Below, one piece after another: positions 1 through 13,623 of a DNA stretch of 64,000 bases. The stretch is taken from assembly GCF_018350175.1 (NCBI RefSeq), contig NC_058368.1, positions 167,464,001-167,528,000 on the forward strand, written 5' to 3'. Positions within the stretch are counted from its first letter, which is position 1; every line of letters begins with the position of its first letter. Under the pieces are notes generated by a model. That model saw only the letters and a list, made by a program, of their open reading frames with translations, searched no databases and had not been told where the DNA came from. Position numbers and translations under genes: made by a program. The DNA is from Felis catus (lineage: Eukaryota).

Positions 1-879
1 ATTCATTATTAAATAGTACCAAGTGTATCAGGTAATATACAGAAATCCTGAGGAAATTAAAAAAGAAAAAAGACAATAGATGATGGAGTGGCAGGGGTCT
101 GTAGCATCCACACACACCCATGTTCTTTGGAGCACACGCGAGTGTTGTAACACCCTCCCACCTTATAGTTGGGCAGAGCTGTGAGCAAAAGGGAGGCAAG
201 TCACTTGGGGACTGAAGCAACACCTTCATGTTCTCCAGCATGGAAGCAGGTGTTGAGATGACAAAGCCACAATTCTGAAGCAGCCTCACTGAGGCTGCGA
301 TCGCTGAATGGATCACTGAATCTCAGCATGGAGAACACCTGCAATAAGAAATAACCTTGCGATGCCTCTGAGATCCCGGGCTGTTTGTTACTGCAGCGCA
401 ACCTACCCTGTCCTGAAAGATAGATGTGGACCAACGCAGGGAAGATGTAGGGGAAGTGACACCGAAAATGACTTTAGGATCTCCTCATTGCCTTTTCCCC
501 TCCGGCTGGGACTATTCGAACACTCTTGCCTCCAGCGTCTCTCAATCAAATCCTCTACGCTGCTGCCAGGGCATTCTAAGACCCACATCCATTCATACAG
601 GTGTTGAAAGATCCAGGTGGATTTCCCTGACACAAAAAAATAAAGAACTCCTTGGCACAGGAGTCAAGGCCCATGATAATCTGCCTCCCAGATTTCGCCA
701 GTGCTGTTTTTGCCCACTAGCTCCCCTGCTATATTCCTGCTACCAGCTTCCGGATGGAGCCACATTTTCCATTCTCCTGTGCCTCCATGAACTGCTTCCT
801 ACTGTTTCTGTCTATAATGCTCTCCCCTCCCTCTTCTCCTTGGTGAGCGCCTAATCAACTTCTGGCAAGGTTCCCTTCC

Positions 880-1100
880 TCCGCCGGGCCTTCATCTCCT
901 CTGTGTTCTCTCAGCACGTGGTGCATTCTGTTATAACACAACACACCGTTCCTTGTCTCTGTCTCCTCCCACTAGATGGTGAGTTGCTCACGGCAGGGAC
1001 TGATTCATTTTTGTTTCCCCCAGAGTACTTAGCACAGCATCTGACAAGCAGTTGATATTTGCTGAAATAATGAATGAGTAAAGGAAGGAAGGAATGTGTG
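880..1100 (+). mobile_element. L2 LINE 3' end relic
   Basis: ccactagatggtgagttgctcacggcagggact...cttagcacagcatctgacaagcagttgatatttgctgaaataatgaatgag resembles the L2 3' terminus with its (TGAA)n-like tail; boundaries approximate. Confidence 0.6.
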
Positions 1101-1289
1101 AATGGATGTGTTCATGACGGTATTAGGCAGAAGACAGGAGCAGGGAGGTCTGTTGGATAGTAGTAAAACAAATTTAAGCGGCTAGGATGGTGTCAAATTA
1201 TGAAGACTGGGAATTTTTTATTTGATTCAAAACGTGATAGGGAGTCATTATAACTTCTTGAACAGAGAAATGATTAGAATTTTGTTCAG

Positions 1290-1460
1290 CCTCATAGCAC
1301 CTTGTGCCTTGAGTGACAGCTATGTTTGTACCACTCTTATTCCCCCTTTGACTATAAAAGCTCCTTGAAAACAGGGGCTGTGCCTTAATCATATTTGTAT
1401 CCCCTATAGCAACAAGCACAGTGTTTGTATAACAGGTGCCAACAAATATTTGCTGAATTT
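1290..1460 (+). mobile_element. L2 LINE 3' end relic
   Basis: gactataaaagctccttgaaaacaggggctgtgcc...tttgtatcccctatagc...aggtgccaacaaatatttgctgaat. Confidence 0.6.
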
Positions 1461-2275
1461 AATACTAGAAAAATTACTCCCTATGCTGCAAGGTTGGAGA
1501 AACCAGCCAGCAGGCTATTGTATTATATACAACATCAGATAGGAAATGGATTTAAAGGGGGTAGTGCCTATGGAAATGTGGAAATAGAAATCTAAGAGTC
1601 TAATAGTCCAATTGTCCACCTTCAGGATTTCTTATATAAATGAATCTTTTGAGCCTGGAATCCAGGAAAAAATAGTGGTATATATTACCTCCCAAATGTT
1701 GGGAGGAAGGTGTGTTTTCCCCATGGACTAGATGAGCTCAGTGCTGAAGATGTAGCTTCTAAATCGGCAATGGGACAAACAAAAGAGAATGTACTATAGC
1801 TACAAGCAGCTAAAAATACTAATTGCTACATGCAAATTTTATCCCCTATCTTGAGATGTGGTTAAATTTTTACTTGTTAATTGATTCATTCATTTCTTCC
1901 TTCATTTAATATTTACAAATTACTTACATTGTGCAAGGCACTGTTGCTTCCAAGGCTTACTCAAAAGTCTATTTGGATTTACTGTCTGTTTCACGTTGAA
2001 CTTTTTCACTTACTCCCCAAAGGCTAAGATGATGTGTGAGGTCAAAGAATGATGTGCCTGTTTCTTCTATGGTGTTTGGTTGTCCAAATATCCCTGGTTA
2101 TTCACTATCAGACAGGGTTTGTAGGGGCTTCTTGTTGAAACAAATTTTTGAAAGCTATGGCTGTCAACATGTAGTCCTATAGGCATCTAATTATTTTATA
2201 TTTCTCAAGTCAAAAACGGAACTCCATTTAGAATCCATACCTGGTTTTATTTTGAGCTTCTTCTTCTTAAGCAGA

Positions 2276-2328
2276 TACACACACAAATACGCACACACAA
2301 ATACACACACATACACACACACACACAA
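2276..2328. repeat. Imperfect (CA)n microsatellite
   Basis: Interrupted acacac tract read directly. Confidence 0.85.
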
Positions 2329-2703
2329 TTACCTGGTGGAATTATATCCTTAAAAGACATATTAAGAGGGAAAAAGAGACTATCTCTCTTAAGAGATTGT
2401 CTAATACTTGAAACTGAGGGAATCTGTCTTAAATCTTCCAAGGAAGATGATGTATTGGGAACAGAACTCAAGGTATACAATATATTATCAGTAACTTTAA
2501 CATTACCATTGTTACTCACACATTCAATATGTCATTTAATCTATAGCAAGCTCATATACTGAACTAAACAAAATTTAAACAATAGTTCACAGATCTAAAT
2601 TGGCCTTGGGTGGATCTTAAAAGGATAGCTGAAGCAGTATCATTCAAATGTAAACTTAGAAGGTAACTAAAACTTACTTCATTGCCTGAAGTTTCTGAGC
2701 ACT

Positions 2704-2783
2704 TCTTGGTTGTTACGACTATCACCTGCCACCCACAAGGTTCTCTTGGTTGTTACGACTATCACCTGCCACCCACAAGGTTC
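2704..2783. repeat. Perfect 40-bp tandem duplication (2 copies)
   Basis: tcttggttgttacgactatcacctgccacccacaaggttc at 2704-2743 and 2744-2783, identical. Confidence 0.97.
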
Positions 2784-3849
2784 CATATCAATGTTTTCAT
2801 TCCTGCAACTGAACATGATCAGTTTTTCAAATACTTTGTGACAAAAGGAGAAAAGGATATGTCCACGGCAAGGACCATGCCTTCACAGTATACCTATTTT
2901 TTAAACTCATCCACTCACACTTTCAACGGAACAATTATTCTCTCTCCATTAATTGAATTAGGCCTTCCAAAAAGTCATCACTTTATTTCAGAGGAAGCCA
3001 AGCGTTTCTTGCACACTTGCTCTGCTGCACTTAACTGCCAATGGGGAGGATGCTACCTTCACTTCACCCATGGCCTGAGGCTGGCCACAACCTATACTCC
3101 AGACTCCATCAGACACGGGAGTTCCCAAAGGCTGAGGGAAGGGGGGAACTACATTTGAGTCGTGTCTGTCACTACATAGGTGAAGGAAGCTGATACAGGT
3201 CAAGACGTCTACATGTGCACACACACAGCCAGTGCATTACAGTGGATGCTCAGTTCATCTTTCCTTGCTGAGCCACCATTCACTGAGGACAAGAAACGGT
3301 ATTCACTCCAGTTACCCAAACTCAAACATGACATTATCTTAACCATTCTGACAGCGTCATGTTCCCTTTCAGAGATGTTATTCATTACACATTTCAAAAT
3401 AGAATGCGATTTCATTAACCCTTTTACTCAATGATCTTAAAATCCAGCTCCAAGAGAGCAAAATGGACTTCATGGCTGCTTGAAATCAGGTTTTAACATT
3501 TATTCTCATTCATACCATATCTTGACATCATTTATGAATTAGGAAGCACAAGTGTTATCAGAATATCAAATATTCAGGGGCTCTTGGCTTTGTCACCATT
3601 GGGAACAGGACACATGCTGGGTCTTATATGGTCCAGTCAGACAGCCTCCAGTGTAGTGGTTGGAGGACAAGGCTCTTTCTGTGGGCATACTAAAAATTAT
3701 GAGGTGGCATATGCTCCAAGCAACAGGACTCAAGTCTAGCACCTTCTCAGTGGGGATGCAGAAAGCTTCCACTATGGCCTTTCTTTCTTCCTGGGGACCA
3801 GAATAAGGGTGGTCTGCAATTTTTATGTTTTTGTATCTGTACCCACAAA

Positions 3850-3992
3850 ACCTATGAACAAAAGTTGCCACTTGAGAGAGGAACTGGATAGGTGGAGAAC
3901 AGGAGTGAGAAAGAGACTTATTTTTCACTGTGGACCCTTTTATGGCTTTTGAATTTTGTACCATGTCATGAACTCACACTCAAAAAATAAAG
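3850..3992 (+). mobile_element. Old L1 (L1ME/L1MC-like) 3' UTR fragment
   Basis: gagacttatttttcactgtggacccttttatggcttttgaattttgtaccatg...aaaaaataaa resembles an old L1 3' end. Confidence 0.55.
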
Positions 3993-5314
3993 ACAATTGT
4001 AACTTTAAAGGAATAAATCAAAATAAAAAACCTACAAAACTTTCCTAAACTACATTTAAAGGAAATCACCCAGTGTTGTAAAGTTACATAAATTTTTTAA
4101 AAATTCTTAAAAAACAAACCAATACAATATTCACAACCGATTTTGTAAAAATGCTTCAAAGACTTTTTACCTAAAACGCTGCACTTGGATAGACACTATT
4201 AAGGAAGAGTCATATGTCATCCTTTTATTATGATTACTATTCAGCTAGAAAGATCATTACCTACTTCAGTATTATAAAAGTTAGACATTTAAAAAAAAGA
4301 GATAATGTGTTTTAAAAGCAAAGCATGCTATTTTCCTCTCTTAAGGTATTCTTGAAGAATATTCAGCATTTCAAGCAAATACATATTATTTCCTCTATCT
4401 ATTGTGATTATCGTCTTCGCTTCAAGATGACCCAAGAACCTTCCTGAATGTGCTTTCCCACATCATTCATTCTCATACACTAGGATCCCATTAGAGGAAA
4501 AAGCCACCTCTTTGTGGTCTTCGTAGACAAAATTAGGCTGATCAGTGAGGTCCCTTAGTTTCAGCCTGGCAAGGAAATTAGCCTAAGGCCTGTTCTTGTG
4601 TTTGATTTTCAACTGGAGAGCCAAAAAATGCTAAAAAATAATGGAGTCAAGATTTGAAGCCACCAACTAGGGAAAAGTAACTATGTCCTATTTGTTACTA
4701 ATGCCCCTCTGCAATAATTACTTTTATTTGTTCATTTTCTGGAGCAGACACAATAGCTTTGTCTTTATCTTTTACAACCAAACACTTTTTAGTAAACAGG
4801 AGATAAAACACCAATAAAACCTTTGTTCTCCCTCCCTTCAGCCAACCCCTAAGGCCTATTTTATCTCTAGAGTTGTTATCTAAAGTGAATTACTGATAAG
4901 AAAAATTAAAGGACTCCAAGCTGCGTGTGTGAGGTAATTGCCAGTGCTTCCCACACCTCGTTTGTGTTCAACCAGGCCCCATGAAGACTCATCACATTCT
5001 GACCCACCCGTTGGGCAGGCTATGAAAGGAAGCTGCCTAAGTGGAATGGCTCCAAGGCCTAAATTCCTTTTTCAAGAAGAAAAACCAGGTAAATACCAAG
5101 ATTCTGGGAAACCAAAGTCATACTTGTACTGTACTTATTTAGATTGCAAACTGCTCCGTGGTAGGATAATATTAACTTGTACTTTTAAGGGACGTTTGTG
5201 TGCAAACACATTAACTTTCCAAACAACCTGCACAAACTTCACCATGAGTTATTGGAGCTTTTTTCTGGCTCCCTTAGCCAAAACTGATATATGTTGCCTT
5301 CAGAATAAAATACT

Positions 5315-5500
5315 GTACGTTTACTGAACACAGGCCAAGCGCTTTACATGTATCAACTCATTTGATATTCAAAACAACCCATGGGCTTCATATGATTATG
5401 ATCCTCGTTTCATAGATGAAGAAACTGAGGTACAGACATTTACCCAAGGTCACATGACTGAAATCCAGGTAATCAGGCTCTAGACTCTGCATTGTAAACA
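5315..5500 (-). mobile_element. MIR SINE
   Basis: MIR core: atcctcgtttcatagatgaagaaactgaggtacaga...cccaaggtcaca. Confidence 0.75.
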
Positions 5501-7363
5501 CTATTTTGCAAAAAGTTAAATTCTCTTAAAATGACTAGAAACAAAGTATAAAACAACCTCTTTAACTTTTACCTCAATCTTTTTTTTTTGATGTCTGACT
5601 CCAGCCAGAAACACCCATCAATTCCTTACATATTAATATTATTCATTTTTTAGCAAATATTTATTCAATTTCTAGAACATGCCAAGTCTTGTTTCAGATA
5701 CTGGAGAAGAATATGAGCAGGTATGACAAATAACATGTGTTATCAAGTAGACTGAAACACCTTGGCCACTCTTCTCCTTCAAAAAGGAATTTAAAAAGTA
5801 GCAACATTAAAAAACACATTTCCAGTCATTGTTGGAAGCCAGGTTCTTCCTATACCCATGGCCTTTGGTATAAAGAGGCCCCCTGGCCTGGTGCTGACTG
5901 ACTGCTGGGTGAATTTAGGCAGGAGAAAAGTACTGTTCCGAGATGAGACCACGAATTTGACCTCCCGACTGGTTGTCCCCCTCTGTTCTTTCCTTCCTAC
6001 AACCTCAACATATTCCCCCCCCCACTCCCGAATTAATTTTAAAAACAAAACAAATCCCACAGTTCTTTGCCACAGATATGATGAAAGGATCTAGTTCATA
6101 TCAGGTTTCTGAGAGGTAAGGTCTTGGTGAGTTTTTCCATTTTAGGCTGTTTGTATTTCAACAGAGGATGATAATTTAACCTAAGGAGGGGTTGTGAAGT
6201 CCCTAACACAATCCTACCTATACAACAGGTAGGCCCTACCTCACTCTTCCTTCCTGCTCTCACAAAAACAGATTTGTAGTGGAAAAGACAAACATGCCTT
6301 TCTTGGGGAAATGTTGCCGACTCCTGCTGAAGACAACAGTTTTGGGCTTGCTAAGCAACAGAATGTACTTGAGGAATAACGGCAACTTCCCACCAATTCC
6401 TAGCGAGGAACATGCCAGAAGAGAAATGTAGCTCAGCAAACCTATGACAAAACCGGATTGGGGGTAGGACTTTTAGCTTCTCCTTCTCACCCCAGGCTAT
6501 TATCGATCCTGAATATTAGTTTTATAAAAGAATCAAGTAGACACTCCATGTGGTTGGCTTCCACAAGCAAGTCATTTTGCTTTTAGAGTTCTGGCTTTAT
6601 GCTAACCTTTGGGAGACGATGTCCCCTGGACTCCTCTGGAATGGCTGTCTGCCTTCCCCCGATCAGCTCTTCCACTGGCCCAAAGTAGGCACTTGTGGTT
6701 TTATACCAGCTCCCTGAGGTTGCTTTCATTTATCAACACAATCTGGATCTAGAAGCTGGTTAGTAAGTTGCCTTGGACGAGAGTGGTATATTGGCTTACG
6801 CGGTTATCTATCATGAGTGAGGCATTAGTCTGGCAGTATTTCTGTCTGTGGTAGCAGGCACTAGTTCATCAGACAACCATTGACATTCACGAGGGCAGAT
6901 AAGTCAACACGCCCACATCTCCTAATTCATTTGCAGGAACAAGAACACATTCTGCCAAAAACGAGAAGTCAGGAGACGGTCAGAGGCAGACGTCCTGGCA
7001 GGGAGAGGTATTTTATAATGTTACTAGGCTGGTACAAAACTCCTCTTTCTGGTAACCACATCTAGAAGGTAAAAAGACCCTCACACATCACTGGAGAAAA
7101 TAACAGTCATGAAAAGGTCTGCTGCCTGAACACAAAGTCTGCCAAAGTTTCTTTGAACAGGTAGAAACTTTGAAGTATGGTGAGATCTAATTAAATGGGA
7201 ACCTGGCAGGTCATTCCTTTGCATCAGCTAAGACTCTAAAGAAGGCACAGATGTATGTCTGTTTGGTGTGTCTGTGTCTCTAATGCTACCTGGGGAGCAT
7301 TAGGAGATCTTAGCAGCCTCTTCAATTTGACCCAGTTAAATGCGAGACTAGAGACCATCTGAG

Positions 7364-8081
7364 TGGGGCCCACCACATAATTTGCAGGGCATGGTACGAA
7401 CCCAAAAGACCCCCTGTTCAAAAAGCAGGAAAAAGTGCCATTAAGGGCACTAGAATATAAAGCCTTTTCCTTTCTTGCATGGTTTCTCTCTCAAGTTCTC
7501 ATGATGTTGTTTATTTGCTATTTAATGTTGTTCTAAATAAAGAAAAATTAAAATATTTAATTATTGGCATGGATTTTACCATTCACCTTCATATGGTATA
7601 CTGATAGGTTTAAATGCAAATATATGAGCTCTTGACTTGTATGTGGAATCATCAAACAATACAACCTGTAACATGCAGTCTACATACACACACCTGTTGT
7701 GTTCTTACTATAGAATTAAGAACACTTCGTGAAGCTAACTCCACTGAACCTAGCTCACCTGTTATACTTTCATTCTTTGATGCATGCATATTCTACCAAC
7801 ATGCAATGGAAATGGGCTGCTTCTATAACATGCTCACCTTGTACTCACCTGGAGTCTCCCTCAACTCACACCATCACAGTCTGTGTTTACGGGGCATCAC
7901 CACTTTAGGCAAATGCACATTTTTTAGTACACCCCTTCACTCACACACGTATTCCACTTACAAAACACTGGTTCAAAGATAAAAGTAAGAATCTGGAGAT
8001 GGCAACAGCAAAGCCTTAATTAAACCAAGTTCTGAATACGGGGCCCTGTGTGATGCACTGGTTTCCATGATGCTGGCCCTG
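7364..8081 (-). mobile_element. MER45-like non-autonomous hAT (Tip100 group) DNA transposon
   Basis: On the minus strand it begins cagggccagcatcatgg...cacacagggccccg...ttggtttaa and ends tttttgaacagggg...ccctgcaaattatgtgg; both ends resemble the MER45 termini as I recall them; about 720 bp. Confidence 0.7.
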
Positions 8082-11000
8082 CAACTCAAACCCCTGGCCA
8101 TTACTGTGAGAGGGTCTATCCTGATCACTGATAACAAAGCCTTCCCGAGGACCTAGGTTTGATGGCAATAAAACACACTGTGGTAAGGCTGCAGGGGACT
8201 GACTGCATATGGTGATTACCCCGTAAATTACCTGTTCATACAGTTTCCCAGGGTTGTGTGCTGGAACCTATAATTACATGAGACTGTCTTCCTTAAGGAG
8301 TTTCAGAATGTGGCCTAGCTGCTAGACCAGGAAACAATCCAGATAATTATTTATAGCAGCCAAAGGAATCTGTCATTTCTCTTGCTGCGAGCTCCTCTTT
8401 CCCACTGGAAACAGAGATGAGCACATACTTTGCTGTCTTCTCTTTGTTTCAATATGCCATCACCAAAGAGCAAGCACATAGATTTTGGTTAGTCATTTGA
8501 AATCAAAAAGGACACCAAAAACTAAATAGGAAGATATCGAAATAACAGAAGGCAGAGCAAGATGTGTGGTATCTTCACGAATCAGGAGAAAGTAAAACAC
8601 ACCCTAGATACTTAAATCCCCCATGAAACACACCAAGAAAGCTACCCTTGTTACAGGCAAAGCCATGAGCACACTTCTCTCCTTTCTGGTCTCTGAATAG
8701 CAATGGGTTTCAAACAGTTTGAATTAGGGAGCCAGGCTGCATCTGCAGCCAACAGCTGGAATTCAGCAACTGTTGTTAATCCACCTTAATTGCTTATTAT
8801 TCTATCAATTCTTGTTTGTGCTTTTGTTATTCAAAGTAATTTTCCCTACACACACAACCAAGCATGGTTTTTGCAAGCTGTGGCCAAAGAATTCTTGTGT
8901 TTCAATCCCAGGGCTGTTATTGTTTTGTTTGGAAACAAAAACATATTGACAGTGGATTAAAAACGACAACAACAACAACAACCCAAAGTTAGCAGTGATG
9001 CTGTAGATGGGCTAACTTTGGCCTCTATGTACTGAGACGCAGGTATTAGCCACCCCTAAATAAGAACAAGGCTCCTTTCAAGGTTTTAATTAGAGTCGCA
9101 GTTAGCATGCTTGTTATTTTCCCTAAACAATTCTTCCCCTCCTTGCTTTAGGGGAGGATTTTCACTCCAACACTTTATTGCACTAGTGAATAAATGAGAT
9201 CCCAGGGTTCCAGGAAGAAAAAAATTACCAATATAAATGCATCAGGTGCAAATTACCAAGGTAAATAGGCCCATGGAGACTGTAAAGCTGGCAACACCAA
9301 CTGGAGTATCTGAGAGGGGCCAGCAGGAGAAAGCCCACGGGTCGCGGGCCCAGTTCTGCAGCGGATTGCGCAGGCGTCATCCTGCAGCCTGCAGGAAGGA
9401 ACCCAGAGCACAAGGCAGTTGTGACTTGGCATCGACAATTTTCTCACTAAAGCTGCAGTTACAGCTTTTCTCTCTCACTCTTTCTAATTCTCCCAAATGC
9501 TGCTCTCTCAAAGCAGATGCCCCCATCCAAGGAGACCACTGCAATATCCTCTCCATCTAGAAACTGATCCCTAGTCCTAATTTGTACTGTGGGGCTTTGT
9601 TTATCATCTGTGATGAGGCAAAGCTAACGCACATTTGTTAGTAACCATAATCTGCAGGTCACGAAGGCTGATCTAGTCTATCCTCCTTACAATTCTATCC
9701 CCTACAGAATGCATCTGTGGCTTTGCATATTCTTCTCACCATAGCACTACAGTGCCAAGTCTTCTTGAATGATTTCGCCAGAATAAGCCTAGTCCCTCTA
9801 TAGGCTTACTACAAAGCAGAGATACATCATATACTTGTCTCTTCCACAGTGCCTCACTATTGACTGAACTGAACTCAATTTCCTCCAGACAAGAAGAGAC
9901 AAGACTCACTGTTAGCCTGGCCTTGTGTCTACCTGGCACATTCCTCATAGGGTGTGGTTGTCTTACCTCTTACCTTCTTCCCGGTCCGTCTTGCACACAT
10001 ACCTGTTAGTCTTATTTCTCTCCCTATTTGTGCCACTGAATCACGTCACTTAAAAATTAGCCTGTTCTACCCTGACTGGAACATGAGACACTGCAGGCAA
10101 CCAAGCATATGTTCAAATATGATAAAGAGCTATATTATGACAAAGGTCTTTAAGGGATATTTGCCTTGCCCTTAAATCACCTTGACTCTATTTCTTCACA
10201 CAGCAAGAGCCTGAAAAATATTTAAGAAAAGTGTTTCCTAGGAACATTCTGGCCAGGATCATTCATCCTGGAGCCTACAGGAAGAAACGTATGAACCAGT
10301 GGGAGAAGTCACACTAAAGTCGGCTATAGTTTCCAACTCTTATTATTTATTTATACCTGATGTCACCTTAGTTTTTATGCTTCCTGTTTTGGAGCCTGTA
10401 CCAGGTTAGGTAAAGAGATATTTATGCACAATATAAACTAGCTTGAGATGATTTCTACAAGCCTTCTACAGCATACATCAAGTGTCATTTCCTAAAGCCC
10501 AAAGACCCTTGTTACAACAATTTATTCGTATAGATTAAGCCTCATTCGCAGAAAGTGAATCAACTGTATGATTCCTAGATGTGTTTTAAAAGGATTTCTT
10601 TGCTCATTCAGGGTATTTCTTACTGCTTTCATAATATCAACTATGATATCAGCAAAATATAGCCTTTATCTGGAAATTAAGCCTCTTATCCTATTTGTGT
10701 AACAATTGTTACATAGTTTGGCAATGATCTGCATTTTAAACACATTATATCCTATTCTATCAGAGATGACATGTAAATGCAAATATTATAGCTTATTAAA
10801 TCAGCTTCACATTCATCAGTTCAGTAGCCATGAATCAAATTGCCCTGATTAGCAAAGAAATTCCCGGAAATGACTTTTTCTCTTTTAAGATTGGTGATCT
10901 TAATCCTTTAAAATATTTCTGTACTTGCATATTCACTATTTAAAATATTTTTAACTGTAGTAGTATTTTACCACAGTTATTATTTATTTACTAAAATTTA

Positions 11001-12869
11001 AGATACATCTCCAGACTACATTTCTGTTGTGGTATCTCAACCCTCACTTTGCTGGACCTGCAGTGATTTTTATAACCTGAATTAAAGAGTGCTGATTTTG
11101 CAGGTGAGAGATGGGGGTGGAGAAAATCCCCCACTTTAATTCATGGCACTAAGAAACAAAAGAAAAAAAGCCATTATGTCAAAACGATAGGTCACAACTA
11201 GGTGAAAAATGTAGTGGATCTGGTATGCTGTGAGATTTTATCAGATTTAACTTCTTTCTTGCCTTAAAGGAAAGTACTGCAGCTCAGATACAATTCTGAA
11301 CCTCCCTCCCAACTTAGAAGCTGAACTCAATGAGGAATACCTCGTGTGATGGGTTTCTAAGAGGACCCTGGGAATCTCCTACAGAAGCCGGTTAATGATG
11401 CCAACTGAGTGGTTAGCACCCAGGCATCCCTCCATCTCCCCCCAACACAGGGCAGAAAACGATGCTCTCACCTCACTGATCTAATTGCAGTTTTCAAGCA
11501 CCCTGGCAATCTACTGCCTCCTTCCCTCACCCCTTCCTTCTCCGATCCTTTCAGAAAACGAGATGAAGCTAATTTATGTTCATTTTATCCATTTCCCCTC
11601 ATGCCTCGCTGCAACAGGAAGCTGCTGTCTCTGCGGTGTTTAGACCAGGCTCCTCTTAGCCATGAGCTAACGATACCATCATCATTTAGAAAGAACCCTC
11701 ATCATAGTGCAGTCAGCATCGAAACTGTTCCTCAACATTCTAAATTTATCTAGCACATCTTCCCCATCTGATGCAAATGAACCGGCAATAATTTCAGGAG
11801 AGGAAGCAGTGCTTTAAAGAATCGTGAGCTTGACACTGAGGAGGTTTACGCATCACATTACGGAGCACAGCTGTATCCTGTTGTTTGGTCTGTGGGGCTT
11901 TTGACAGCACATGACTATAGCTGCTGAAAAGCATGTACACGGGGTTGAGAAAAATACACACATACATACGTACTCGGAGCATGCAAGGGAGAATGTGGCC
12001 ATGCTTTAAGTGTATCAAACTATGACTTCTAAATTCCTTTCCATCAAATGCCACTAGAAGCACTTGATAAATGGCCCCTAGGAGAGCACTTCTCATTGCC
12101 TCAGGATGGAAGGACTCGCAGGCATACAACACTCCATCAATATAGAGAGCTGGCAGATTGAAAGGCGGGAAGGACTATCCCTGATATGGTGCATCTGCTT
12201 ACTAATAGCAGCGGGTTCCAATCCTCTTCCCATTCATCGCCTACAGAAACCACTCCTCCGAGAGGCACGCCAGTCAACAGATGGTCTCTGGCTAAGGTGT
12301 AATCAGGAGCAGCTTGCTAAATTTACCCAAAACAAATAGAATTACAGGCTTTTGCCCGAGTCTGAAATTGAATTGAGAACTGGGGTGGTGGATAATGGAG
12401 ACTAAAATGGAAGAGCTCAAAATGTGTCACAGCACGTTGGGAAAGGGCCAGCGTGGGGAGAAGTCTCTGATGCGAACTTCACTATTTACTATCAGGTCAT
12501 CTATTTCCAAAAACCTTTTGTCTACCATGCAGGATTGTCTGCCCTTACTCTCACAGTGTTCAGAAAGGGTACAATCATCACCAGCTAATGAAGTCATCTG
12601 CCTCTATCAGATGTGTAGCGAAGGAAACTCTATCCGGTATTTTGAATATGTTTTGCTCAGTTCTGATGCCTTCATTTTAGTATCAGTAAAATGTCAACAC
12701 CATGCTTGCCTCAGAAGGTAAGGGTCATTAAGGGCTCTGAACGATCTTAATCAGAGCACGGGTGTTCTCAAGTCTGCTCCCAGCATTCTTCACGGTGTCG
12801 AATTATGCACTGCTCAGAGTAACAGCACTGTAAAGCCTTAGAAACTGCCTGAAAAAAGGACAGCATAAA

Positions 12870-12998
12870 ATTAGGAGTAAATCATTTAATCTATGCCTGG
12901 ATTTCACTACCTATATAGTAACAACTGTGCCACCCATGCATATCACTGTATAAGGACGCTGTAAAAATAAATGAGGCAAAATATGTAAAGACACTTAA
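12870..12998 (+). mobile_element. MIR SINE fragment
   Basis: aaatcatttaatct...tttcactacctata...taaatgaggcaaaatatgtaaagacactta. Confidence 0.5.
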
Positions 12999-13623
12999 GT
13001 TCTAAAGAAATAAGGTCTTAAAAGGTAAGGCCATTTTTAACTCAAACTATCAGCAATCACTTGAAAATTATCCTCATAATCATTAATATTTATCAGTAGA
13101 AAAACTTGTTTACCCATATAAAAAAAATCTAAAAATTGCAGACAGCATGCATGAAACTATTTTTAAACCAATAATCAGAAAATTTTCCTCATTCTTCATG
13201 ATTTCAAGTGTCACATTATGAAAAATTTCATTTTCATGCATCAGTCAGACTAACATTTTTAAACATCAGTTATAGGAGAAGTGTCTGAACAGCTTTCTGG
13301 TTTCTTTTAGTATTTTTGTTGTAAGGAACTCTCTACCATGCAGAAAAGGAATCCCCAAAGAAAGGTCTTTCTTGTGGCAGGATGAAACTATTTGGGGAGG
13401 GAATATTTGAAAAATTATCTGAATAAGGGCTTCATTATTCAGGTTTGCATTACAGACTAATAATAGTGAAAGTATATTTTAACATAATTGTTTTAAAAGG
13501 TGGAGGTTTTAAAATGAAACTAACTTTTTTGTTAAATGCATCCATTAATGAATTTGACAAAATGTATCTCTACTCTCAAGGAGGACACATTTGTAGTGAT
13601 ACGTTATGAAAAGTTAGGTGCTA

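Noticed and set aside
969..982. CTCF-like ccactagatggtga (also 31093 and 56240) and a lone MEF2 site ctaaaaatag at 22523
   Set aside because: Isolated or imperfect motif matches, the first inside an L2 relic; not supportable without binding data
2241..2348. Two tiny minus-strand exon-like segments (2333-2348 and about 2241-2265)
   Set aside because: Weak AAG acceptors, and the implied intron of about 67 nt is mostly CA repeat
2682..3158. 158-aa ORF; 40-bp repeat superficially like a CRISPR repeat
   Set aside because: Only two adjacent copies with no spacer, mammalian context and no cas genes; the ORF has a TTG start and no recognisable homology
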